A stretch of DNA of 64,000 bases from Phaeosaccion multiseriatum (Eukaryota; Protista; Ochrophyta, other classes): positions 620,001 through 684,000 of the forward strand of contig OZ218965.1 of assembly GCA_965112735.1 (NCBI GenBank). The letters run 5' to 3'. Position 1 is the stretch's first letter, and the number at the start of each line of letters is the position of its first letter. The notes under the pieces were generated by a model that had not been told where the DNA came from, did not search any database, and saw nothing but the letters and a program-made list of their open reading frames with translations. Positions 49,901-61,900 of the stretch are shown piece by piece. The position numbers and the translations under genes were made by a program.

Positions 49901-52900
49901 CAAGATCCGACGTCGGGCGACGAGGCAGGCGCTTCACGCCGGCGAGCTGCACATGGTGCACGAGCTCACCGAGGACCGCACTGCGATGTCACAGGTGCGA
50001 GCGAGCGGGAGTGGAGACCTCTTGCCCACCTCTTCCTTCCTTTGGCCTCTTTTCTATGTTTCTTTGGTACTTGCCTTCGCAGCCCTTTTCATCCGTGCCA
50101 TTCATTGTGCGGGGGAATCGTCTGCTGACACAGGGTTCTGCATCGAGCCTCACCCCACATGTCGTGTCCATTTCTCCCCCAACCCACACCGACAGGACCC
50201 TCCTCCTGTGAACCTTGCCAATGTGCGCTCAGCTTTCGAGGAAAGGGCTTGCTTCGTCGAAGGCGATGCCCCGGAGGGGAGAGGAGGAGGAGAAGGAGGT
50301 CTGGTCATGCGTGCTATGGAGAGCCTCGGTAGGGAGGCAAGGGTGGCCATCATCTTGGAGAAGCTCCTGGAGTTTGCCGTAGAGGTGACGCACAACGGAG
50401 ATTTGACCGCCGACGACCGCTTCATGGAGGCGGGCATGACCTCGGTGATGATGGCCGAGCTGGCGGTGATGCTCGAGGACTTTCTGGGCAGCGACAAGAC
50501 CGAAGACGGGAGCGACAAGGATTTTGAGGTTGGGGCCGACTCCTTCTTTGACTATCCGACACCCGCTCTACTCGCAGCTCACCTGGAGACGGTCCTGTTT
50601 GGAGAAGAAGAGGAGGACGACGCTTCCGTTGACGAACTGCCTCGCTCCATTCCTGGGGTGCCTTTTTCTGACGGTAGCAGCGGCGATATTGCAGTCATTG
50701 GGATGGCCTGTCGGTTCCCCGGCGGTTGCAATAGCCCGGAAGAATTCTGGGCGAAGCTGTGCAATGAAGAGGACTGCGTCACCGATGCACCCCTTGAGCG
50801 AGGCTTGGGAAAAGGAGTGAGAGGTGCGTTTCTAGCCTGTCTCCACGAGGCTTGCAAATGTTTGTCTTAAAGGGCATGTACAGCTCTTGCTGGGCGCTTC
50901 TTTCCTTGCATCTGAGTCCTACTCACCCTGTTTTGGACGTTTCTCCTCTCCCCGTGATGAGATCAGGTGGCTTCATCGACGGTGTCGAAGCGTTCGACAA
51001 CGCATTCTTCGGCATGTCCATCGCCGAGGCGGAGGCCCAAGACCCCAACCAGCGCATTATGCTCGAAGTGGCGTATGAGGCTCTGCACAGAGCCGGCTAC
51101 GAGGGCCGACGCAGGCTTGAAGGTCACCGAGTCGGCGTGTTTGTGGGCGCTGCAGGGAGTGACTGGCCCGCTCTGCTGCGTGAGAGCGCGGATGGCGGCG
51201 TTTCCCCCAGTGCCTACACGTTGGCAGGGGTAAGCAGAGCATGTTTCGCTGGCCGCATTTCGCACACACTCGGCCTTGAAGGTCCATGCGAAAGCGTAGA
51301 TGCAGCATGTTCGTCGGCCCTGGTGGCCCTGAGCAACGCGTGCAATAGTCTGAAACTGAGGAAGTGCAGCTCTGCCGTCGTTGGCGGGGTCAACCTGCTG
51401 CTCCACGACCAAGGCTTTGGTGGCCTAGCCAGTGCGGGACTTCTGTCGAAGGAAGGGTGAGTGTGCTCTTGCAGCTCTTGTGGGTTCTACAGTCTTTCTT
51501 CCAAAGCGCCTTTTCTATTCCTTCTCGTCCCTTGCTTGGACACTGATCCACCCCCCACTCCGCTTCCTGTGTCCCGTCTCCTGCTGCAGGTACTGCAAAT
51601 CTTTTGACGCGGCCGGGGACGGCTACGTGCGCAGTGAGGGCAGCGGGGCCGTCGTGCTGAAGTGCCTGCCGGACGCCATCAAGGACGGGGACAACATCCT
51701 CTCCGTCATCAAGGTAGCGGCTGTCAGCCACAACGGCGTCAGCACTTCTCTGTCTGCCCCCAAGGGAGCCGCTCAAGAGAGCTTGGCGAGGAGCGCCCTG
51801 CGGCAGGCAGGGTGCGAGGGGAGAGAAGTGGGCTACGTCGAGGCCCACGCCACGGGAACGGTCATGGGCGATGCCATCGAAATGGGTACGTTGAAGGAGG
51901 CAAAAGGGGGTTAAAGTAGGGGCAGTGTTGTTGGACCATCATTGTGAAGCTCTCTGATATATACAAAATCTGACCCCTCTTCCCTCCCTCCCTCCCTCCC
52001 TCCCTCCCTCCCTCCCTCCCTCCCTCCCTCCCTCCCTCCCTCCCTCCCTCCCTCCCTCCCTCCCTCCCTCCCTCCCTCCCTCCCTCCCTCCCTCCCGCCC
52101 TCCCTCCCTCCCTCCCTCCCTCCCTCCCTCCCTCCCTCCCTCCCTCCCTCCCTCCCTCCCTCCCTCCCTCCCTCCCTCCCTCCCTTCCTCCCTCCCTCCC
52201 TCCCTCCCTCCCTCCCTCCCTCCCTCCCTCCCTCCCTCCCTCCCTCCCTCCCTCCCTCCCTCCTTCACGCACTCACGCACGCACTACGTCGCGTGATACT
52301 CCTTAGGCGCACTCAAGGCAGCGTTCACCCGCAACAGGCCTGATGCCTCCCCCCTTGTAGTGGGCACTGTCAAGACTACTCTAGGCCACATGGAAGGGGC
52401 GTCAGGGATGGCTCAGCTCATCAAGGCCATCTTGGTAGTACAACACCGAGAGGCTCCTGCCAACCTACACCTGAAGGAGGTCAACCCTAAGCTGAAGCTG
52501 GAGGGCGTGCCCGTCACGCTGCCCACCCGAAGAACGCCCCTCTCTTCCTCCTGCTCCGACGGCTCGACGCTGCTCGCAGGGGTGAATTCCTACGGTGTTG
52601 GCGGTTTCAACGCCCACATCGTCTTGGGCAGCTATGGCGGCATGAGGCCCGAAGGCGCAGCAGAGAGAGTGGGCACCCCTTGGCAGGGGTTCCCCTCGTC
52701 GCGAGAGTTTCCCCTCCCGAAGAGTGCAACACCAGCAGCACACGATTGCGAGGGTCCTGTATCTGCTCCTCCCCCAGCTGGAGACGCCCTCTCACAGCTG
52801 CGCGAGACTCTCTCTGCTCTCTCCCCAGAGGATCGACGCGTTGCTCTCCTGGAAGCGCTCAAGGCGACTGTGCTGAAGTGTGTTGATGCAGACATGCCCC

Positions 52901-55900
52901 CGCTGGACGACAATGTGCCCTTGATGGAGGCAGGCCTGGATTCGATAGCACTCGTGGAGGTGCGGAATCGCCTTCAAACTGATTTGGGGGTGACAGCCAC
53001 CGCCGATGTGCTGTTTGAGTATCCCAGCGTGGCGGAGCTTGTGGGCTGGCTTGATGGCGAGGTAATGGGGAGGGCTGCCACAGACCCAATGCGAGGTTTG
53101 CGCCCCACCTCGGCTTCGCCTCAAGGCATGCGAGCTCCGCTGGCGGTGGTGGGCATGGCGTGCCGCTTTCCAGGAGGAGTGACTTCGCCCCAAGGTTTCT
53201 GGAGCATGCTTAGCACGGGATCGGACTGCATCTCTACAGTTCCAGCAGACAGGTGGGGAGGCGGCTCGAAGGAGTGGCGAGGAGGCTTCATAGAGGGCGT
53301 CCACCTCTTCGACAACAAATTCTTTGGTATTTCGTCAGCGGAAGCGGAAAGCATGGACCCCAACCAGCGCGTGCTGCTGGAGGTGGCCTTCGAGGCGCTG
53401 CACAGTGCCGGCTATGAGAAGAACAGTCTTCACAAGAGCGAGACAGGGGTTTTTGTCGGCTGCGCTGGAAGCGATTGGCTGCAGGCCAAAGCAAGCTCAG
53501 GAGCTGGTGAGGCGAGCGAGGGCGTGTACGCGGCGTCAGGAGCCTCCATGTCGAATTTGGCCAACCGAGTTTCCTACGCACTGGGGTTGAAGGGGCCCAG
53601 CTCAACTGTAGACACGGCGTGCTCCTCTTCCTTGGTCGCCCTGGACAACGCCTGCAGCAGCCTGCGATTGGGCAAGTGTGACGCAGCTGTCGTCGGAGGA
53701 GTGAACCTGCTTCTCAGCGAGGCGCCCTTCAAGCTCCTTTCCTCAGGAGGGTTTCTCTCGCCAAACGGGTGAGTGCGTGAGTGTGCGTGAGGGAGGAGGA
53801 GAAAGAGGGGGCGAGTAGGGAGGAAGAAAGGAGGAGAGAAAGGGAGGGACGGGGTGAGGGAGGGAGGGAGGGAGGGAGGAGAGGGAGGGAGCGGAGGGAG
53901 AAAGTTCACGAGTATGATGCCTCTGCAGGTGAAATCCAGTACTGAAGTCGGTAGACACCTGGTCACGCACCACCGTTCGCTCAGGACGGCAGAGTGAGAG
54001 CCTTCATTCTTCTTCCGTTTTCTTAGCTAAATCTCCCTTGTTTCCCCCTTCCGTCCTTCCTCTCAAGGCAATGCAAAACATTTGACAAGTCAGCCAACGG
54101 CTATGTCAGAGGCGAGGGGTGTGGAGCAATCGTGCTGAAGCGCCTAGACCACGCCCTTGCCGACAACGATGAGGTGCTGGCTGTCCTGCGAGGCTCGGCT
54201 GTGAACCATAATGGGCCCACCGCGCGGATGACGGCTCCAAACCCTGGTGCTCAAAAGGAGCTCATCACAGACGCCTTGATCGACGCCGGGCTATCTCCGA
54301 ACGACGTCAGTTTCGTGGAGGCGCACGGCACGGGCACGTCTCTCGGCGACCCCATCGAGATGAGCGCTCTCCGAGGAGTGTTTGCCCATGACCGCGATGA
54401 AGCGAAGCCTTTGATTGTAGGGGCGCTCAAGACAAATATTGGGCACTTGGAGGGTGCAGCAGGGATTGCCGGACTCATCAAAGCCGTGCTGATGGCGCAG
54501 CACAAGACCGCTCCACCAAATTTGCACCTCACGGAGCAGAATCCCGAGCTTGACACCGAGGGGTTTGCAGTCGTACTCCCATCCTCCTTGACCCCCTTAC
54601 CGACCAACTCCGACGGCTCCGTGGTGGTCGGGGTCAGTTCTTTCGGATTCGGAGGTACCAATGCACACGCAGTGCTCAGCAGCTACGAACCAACGGAGGG
54701 TGAGGACGGCGGAGAGACCTTGTTGCAGCAGCGTGAGCACCAAAGCCACAAAATCGCTCCAGTGGCATTCTTGTTCACCGGACAGGGCTCGCAGTACGTG
54801 GGTATGGGCAGGGAGCTGTACGAGAAGGAGGGCGTGTTCCGCGAGTGCGTGCAGCGGTGCAGTAGGCTGCTCATGGAGCGGGCCTGGCTGGACAAGTCTG
54901 TGGTGGAGCTCATGTACCCTGCCGCCGCTGAGGACGGGGGGGAGGAGGAGACTGCACAAGCGCTGCTGAAGGAGACACGCTACTGCCAGCCGTGCCTGTT
55001 TGTGCTGGAGTACGCCCTGTGTGAGCTGTGGAAGTCGGAGGGCGTGGAGCCGTCCATGGTGATGGGCCACAGCCTGGGCGAGGTGGTGGCGGCGTGCGTG
55101 GCTGGCGTCATGTCGCTGGAGGACGGGCTGATGCTGTCCACCAAGAGAGGAGCCGCCATGCAGGCCTGCCCCGAGGGCAAGGGAGTGATGTTCGCAGTGA
55201 CAGCGGGCCGCGGGGCTACCTTGGCGGGCATCGCTGCTGCGAGGCTGGCAGGCGAAGTGGTGCTGGCGTCGTCGAATGGACCGAGCGCGAGCGTGATCTC
55301 TGGAGCTCGCAGCGCTGTGGACAAGGTCGTGGAGAAGCTCACGGCAGATGGGGTGGGCTGCAAGGCCCTGGAGGTGTCGCACGCCTTTCACTCTCCTCTG
55401 ATGGAGCCCGCTGTACGTGCGCTGGAGGAGGTTCTGAGGCAGGTGTCATTCAGCGCCCCACGCATTCCCCTGGTGTCCAACGTGTCGGGTGAGGTGGTCA
55501 AGGCGGAGGAGGTGACGCAGGCGACGTATTGGGTGCGACACATGCTGTCGCCAGTGCTGTTCGCAGAAGGCATCCACACGCTGGTGGAGCACTGGATGGG
55601 AGACGGGAGAGGGGCTGACCTGAGCATCGTTGAGGTGGGCCCCAACCCTATGCTGAGCAGTATGGGAGCCAAGTGCGAGCGTCGCGAGGGGCTGGCTTGG
55701 ATCTCTTCACTCGCGCGCGGGAAGAGCTCCGAGGATTCGTTTGGAGCGGCTCTGGGTAGAGTAACGGGGCCGGAGCATCTTGAGCTTTATCCGACTCGCC
55801 GATCATTTCCTTGGTACAAGCCTCCGCTGGCGTTTATGCCAAGTGGTGAGATGGTCCAGGAGGGAGACGGAATGCGGCTCATCAGCCCATTCTCGCCTCA

Positions 55901-58900
55901 CCTCAAGGACCTTCTCAAGGACCATGCCGTCAACAATGTGGTGATCATTCCGGGGGTGACGTACATTGAAGTGGGCGTCGTGGCTGCTCTAGGAGGAAGA
56001 CAGCTCGGGGTGGAGGAGCAGGTGGTCCTGCAAGAAGCCAGCTTTGTGGTGCCACTGGAGATTGAGGGCTTTCAACACACCGGCACGGACCAATCGCAAA
56101 GTCGCAACACTATTATCTGTGACGGCCTGAGTGCGCTGCACGGGAAAGATGGAGACATGGAATTCTCCGGCGATGCTGACGGTGACCGTGGCACCACCGC
56201 GAGGATGGCCCACGTGTCTGTCACTGAGCGAACCGAGCCGCGTGAAACGCTCGATGTGGAGGGTATCAAAGGGAGAGTAGGGGAGGACATGTCCAGTGAC
56301 GTGTACGTGGTAATGGCCAACGCCAACTTCTGCTTCGGCCCTCGATTCAAGCGAAACACGCGTATGTACGAAAAGAGCGGAGAGGTACTTGCGGTCGTGC
56401 GCGCCTTAGACTCGGAGCTTTGCGAGCCGTGGGAGGAAACGAGTTTTGTTCTACACCCTGCGGTCCTCGACAGTGCAACGCACTCCATTTTCCGCGCAAT
56501 CCCAAGTCAGCTCTTTAACTCGAGTGGTGGAGCTCCGTTCTTGCCCGTTGGCTTCGACGAGGTGGTAGTCTCTGCTCCGATTACGGAAGAGAGAGTATGG
56601 GTGCACACAAGGCTCACTAAAGTGGAGAAAGGGGGCAACATCATCAAGTTTGACATCCGCATTGCCCACTACGAGAGCAAGCTGGTGCTTGTCGAGATGC
56701 GAGGATTCCGCGTGCAGAGGGCGAGAGGCTTTGCGCCTGTCAATCCTCTTCGTCGCGCAATCTACACGCTGGAATGGCAGGAGGAGATCCCTGATACTCA
56801 CACTACTGAGCAGGCGGCTCGACAGAAATGGCTGGTCCTCGCTGCGCAGGAGGAGAGAGACGGCGAGACTTCAATGACTGCGGCAGTGCGGCGCTCTGTT
56901 CCGGAGGGCGTGGATGTTCACACTCGGCATGGAGGGATGAGCGGCTCATGGAAGGATGATGCTCTTCTCCTTGGAGAGGAGGACTGGACTCGAGTCTTGT
57001 ACATGCTGATCCCCGGAGATGGCGACGAAGACGCAAAAGAGGGCCTGCAAGCTCGAGCGGCCTACGCCCTGATGACTCTACTCAGGAGCCTGTCCACTGC
57101 GTCGAGTGCGCCGCTGACGGTTTTGACAAGAGGCGTCCAAAGCGGCGAGGACTGGCGTGACAGCTGGGTGATAGGTTTGGTGCGGACTGCGAGGATGGAG
57201 CACCCTTCCATGCAGATTGGTGTGGTGGACCTGAGCGACAGGGAGGCCCAAGACAGCGAGCTTGCCTTGGGCCTGGCCTTCCCCGCTACCACAGATGATG
57301 TGTGGGTACGCGATGGGCAGTGCTTGACGCCTCAGCTTTCACACCAGGCCCTGCAGCTTCCCTTCTCACTTGACTTGAAGGCAAGAGGCAGCATTGTCAA
57401 CGCTTTCGCCCTTGCTGACGATGTGAATGTGGGCAAGCATGAGCCCCTCGACCCGACCGGTAGCTATGTGGAGGTGGCAGTGAGAGCTGTTGGGCTGAAC
57501 TTCCGGGACGTGCTGAATGTGCTGGACACGTACCCTGGCGATCCTGGAGATCCTTGCTCCGAGTTTGCCGGGGAGGTGACCAGTGTGAGAGAAGGCTCAC
57601 GTTTCAGCGTCGGCGACGCTGTGTTTGGCTTTGCGGATACGGGATGTTTGCGCAGTCATGTGGCGACGAGTGACGCGTGCCTGGCCGTGATGCCATCCGT
57701 ATTGAGCTTCGAGCAGGCAGCAGCACTTCCTATGGTGTGCTTGACGGTACAGAAGGCCTTCCATGACCTTAAGGCGGGTGAGAAAGTGTTGATCCATGCT
57801 GCAGTTGGTGGTGTGGGCATTGCTGCCATTCAGTACGCTCAGCGTGTGGGCGCCGAGGTGTACGCGACTACCGGTGCTGCTGTGAACCACAACTTCCTCC
57901 GGAGCTTGGGGGTGGAGCACATTGCGTCATCAAGAGACACAGAGGCGTTCAAGCAGTCCATGGGTGAGGTGAAGGTGGATGTGGTGCTCAACTCTCTCAG
58001 TGAGGATTTCATTTCCTTCTCACTGGACATGCTGACAGAGGGAGGCAGATTCATCGAGATTGGCAAGCGAGGCGTGTGGAGTCATGAGCAGATGCACACC
58101 ACCCGGCCCGACGTGACGTACGAGCTGCTGGCTCTGGACACCGTGATCGAGGCTGACTTCTCGGCGGGGGAGCCTGGCTGGATTGGCGACGAGCTGCAGC
58201 ATCTTGCTGACGAGTGCATGTCTGGGGCTACGCAGCCATTGCCCGTGACGCCCTTCGACATGCGAGGCGAGACGCCCAAGGCCATGGTGTTTATGATGGA
58301 AGCGCAGCACATCGGCAAAGTGGTGATGACCAACCCCTCATATGGTGTGCCAGTCGTGTCGGATGGCACGTACGTCATCAGCGGCGGTTTGGGGGCTCTC
58401 GGCCTCGTGACGGCTCAGCACCTTGCGTCAAGGGGTGCTCGTCACCTGGTGCTGCTGTCCAGGAGTGGGAAGGTCGCCGAGAGTATGACCGAGCAGTGGC
58501 AGCAGCTTCAGAAGACATCCCATTTGACCATCCATACTAGGACCTGTGATGTCGGTGACGCCGAGGCCCTTCGGACATGCTTGGGGACCATGCTTCCTCT
58601 GCTTCCCCCTGTGCGCGGTGTGGTGCATGCTGCGGGGGTGCTGGATGATAAGCTACTGGGAGAGCAAACGGTGGAGAGCGTGACGAACGTGTTCCGACCC
58701 AAGGTGCAGGGGGCGGTGAACTTGCACGAGCTTTCTTTGGCTTGGTTGAAGGAGGAGGAGCGCGCTGCCGGCCTTGACTTCTTCGTGTGCTTCACATCAA
58801 TGGCCGGAGTACTGGGCAACGCTGGACAGGCCAACTACGCTGCGGCAAATGCCGCTGTGGACGGGCTGATGCGGCACAGGCGACGCCTCGGGCTGGCAGG

Positions 58901-61900
58901 GACGTCATTGCAGTGGGGGCCGTGGGCTGATGTGGGTATGGCCGCTGAGCTCGATATCGTTCAAAAGCAGTTGGAGCTTGCGGGTGTGGGCACGGTGTCA
59001 GCTGAGCTGGGCATGGCTGCCTTAGATGCCGCTGCGATGCCGTCAGCGTCTTTGGGTGATGTGACTGTCCTGCCTGGCATGGACTGGGCCAAGTTTGCAG
59101 ACAGTGTGGGGGCGTCCCACAGTCAGCCTCTACTGTCAAGGCTAGTCTCAAGGGCCGGAGCAGGAGCAGGGGGGGTGAGAAACACCGTGCTCAACGAACA
59201 AGTGCACCAGGAGCTGTTGGAGCTGTCCCCTGGAGACAGAAAACACGTGGTGAGCCTTGCGGTGATGGACATCGCAAAGGACCTGATTGGGGAGGGTGTC
59301 GAAGAGCTGGACGCCTCCACTTCGCTCATGGAGGCCGGTCTTGACTCGTTATCGACGGTAGATATGCGCACCCGACTGCAGGCTCGCTTTGGAGTGAATG
59401 TGACCAGCGACGTGCTCTTCTCGTATCCTACGGTAGCGGCATTAGCGACGTGGGTCGAAGAGGCAGTGTTGGGAGAGGAAACAGACGCTGCCAGAGGTCG
59501 CTCAGCTGGCGGTGCGACATCTAACCTGGATCAAGTGGACTCAGCAGTCCCCTTGGCCGTTGTGGGTATGGCCTGCCGCTTCCCTGGCGGCGCAAGCAGC
59601 CCCGAGGCCTTCTGGTCCATGCTCTCTGCGGGTACAGACTGTATTCGAGAGGCCCCTGTCAACCGCTGGGCAGACGATGGGAATCAGAAGCAGTGGCACG
59701 GGAGCTTCATTGACGGAGTGGAGATGTTCGACAATGCCTTCTTCGGCATCTCTGCGGCCGAGGCGGGTGCCATGGACCCTCATCAGCGCGTCATGCTGGA
59801 GGTGGGGTACGAGGCTCTGCACAGGGCGGGATACCGCAAGGATACACTACACGGCAGCAACACCGGTGTGTTCGTGGGTGTGTCCGGCAGCGAGTGGGGC
59901 TCAGTGGGTGCAGATGAGGAGCGAAGCGCATACTCCGTCATGGCCACGTCAAACGCAAGTCCTGCCAACCGGCTGTCTTACGTGCTGGGGCTGAGGGGCG
60001 CTAGCTTCAGTGTAGACACTGCCTGCTCGTCATCATTGGTGGCACTGGACGCTGCATGCAACAGCTTGAGGCTGGGTAAGAGTAACCTCGCCGTGGTGGG
60101 CGGCGTAAACTTGCTTCTAGGCACCGCAGGCTTCGAAGGTCTCGCAGCTGGGGGATTTCTTTCACCTGACTGGTAAGTGTGCGTCGTGCCTTGATGAGAG
60201 ACTCATGTATCCACACGATGACGGCGCCCAAGTTGTAGTTTTTGTATCTTCCTGGGAGCAAACTACATCACCCTCATAGCCCCCGCGGCCCACAAACGGA
60301 ATGTCTTGTTTTCATTTGCTTGTACCCTGCTGTAATCAAGGCGCTGCAAAACCTTCGATGTATCGGCCAACGGTTACGTTCGGGGCGAGGGCTGCGGCGC
60401 TGTGGTGCTGAAGCGACTGGATGATGCAGAGGCCGATGGCGACGTCATTCTCGCACTTGTGAATGGATCCTCCGCGAACCACAACGGAAAGGGCGTGCGA
60501 TACACCGCCCCGAGCCCGTTGGCCCAGCAGGAGGTGATGAATGAGGCTCTTGCGGAGGCCGCCTTTGACGGCTTAGACATGCACTACGTTGAGGTGCACG
60601 GCACAGGCACCTCTCTCGGTGACCCAATCGAAATGAGCGCTTTGAGGGCCGTGTACGGCAAGGGTCGGGAGGAAGCGAGGCCTCTGGTGGTCGGAGCGGT
60701 GAAGACCAATATCGGGCACCTAGAGGGGGCTTCCGGAATAGCTGGCGTCATCAAGGCTGTGTTGGTGCTTCAGCATGGAGCTGCCCCTCCGAATCTCAAC
60801 ATGAGCAAGCTCAATCCGGAGCTGCCACTGGAAGGCTTTCCAGTGACTCTACCTTCCGCCATGGTCTCCCTGAGTTACGAGAGCGGGGAGCGACGTATCG
60901 CTGCAGTCAGTTCCTTCGGTGCTGGTGGTGCCAATGCGCACGCAGTGCTCAGCAGCTTCGGACCACCGGTGGTTGAGAGGGGCGAGGCTTTACTGCAGCT
61001 GGATGGGCAGCAAAGCAAGAAGCGTTCACCGGTGGTGTTCTTGTTCACTGGTCAGGGATCGCAGTACGTGGGCATGGGCAGGGAGCTGTACGAGAAGGAG
61101 GGCGTGTTCCGCGAGTGCGTGCAGCGGTGCAGTAGGCTGCTCATGGAGCGGGCCTGGCTGGACAAGTCTGTGGTGGAGCTCATGTACCCTGCCGCCGCTG
61201 AGGACAGGGGGGAGGAGGAGACTGCACAAGCGCTGCTGAAGGAGACACGCTACTGCCAGCCGTGCCTGTTTGTGCTGGAGTACGCCCTGTGTGAGCTGTG
61301 GAAGTCGGAGGGCGTGGAGCCGTCCATGGTGATGGGCCACAGCCTGGGCGAGGTGGTGGCGGCGTGCGTGGCTGGTGTCATGTCGCTGGAGGACGGGCTG
61401 ATGCTGTCCGCCGAGAGAGGAGCCGCCATGCAGGCCTGCCCCGAGAGCAAGGGAGTGATGTTCGCAGTGAGGGCAGGCAAGGAGGCGACTTTGGCAAGCA
61501 TCGACGCTGCGGGCGGGGCAGGTGAGGTGGTGCTGGCGTCGTCGAATGGACCGAGGGCGAGCGTCATCTCTGGAGCTCGCAGCGCCGTGGACAAGGTGGT
61601 GGAGAAGCTCACGGCAGATGGGGTGGGCTGCAAGGCCCTGGAGGTGTCGCACGCCTTCCACTCTCCTCTCATGGAGCCCGCTGTACGTGCGCTGGAGGAG
61701 GTTCTGAGGCAGGTGTCATTCAGCGCCCCACGCTTTCCCCTGGTTTCCAACGTGTCGGGTGAGGTGGTCAAGGCGGAGGAGGTGACGCAGGCGACGTACT
61801 GGGTGCAACACATGCTGTCGCCAGTGCTGTTCGCAGAAGGCATCCACACGCTGGTGGAGCACTGGATGGGAGACGGGAGAGGCGCTGACCTGAGCATCGT

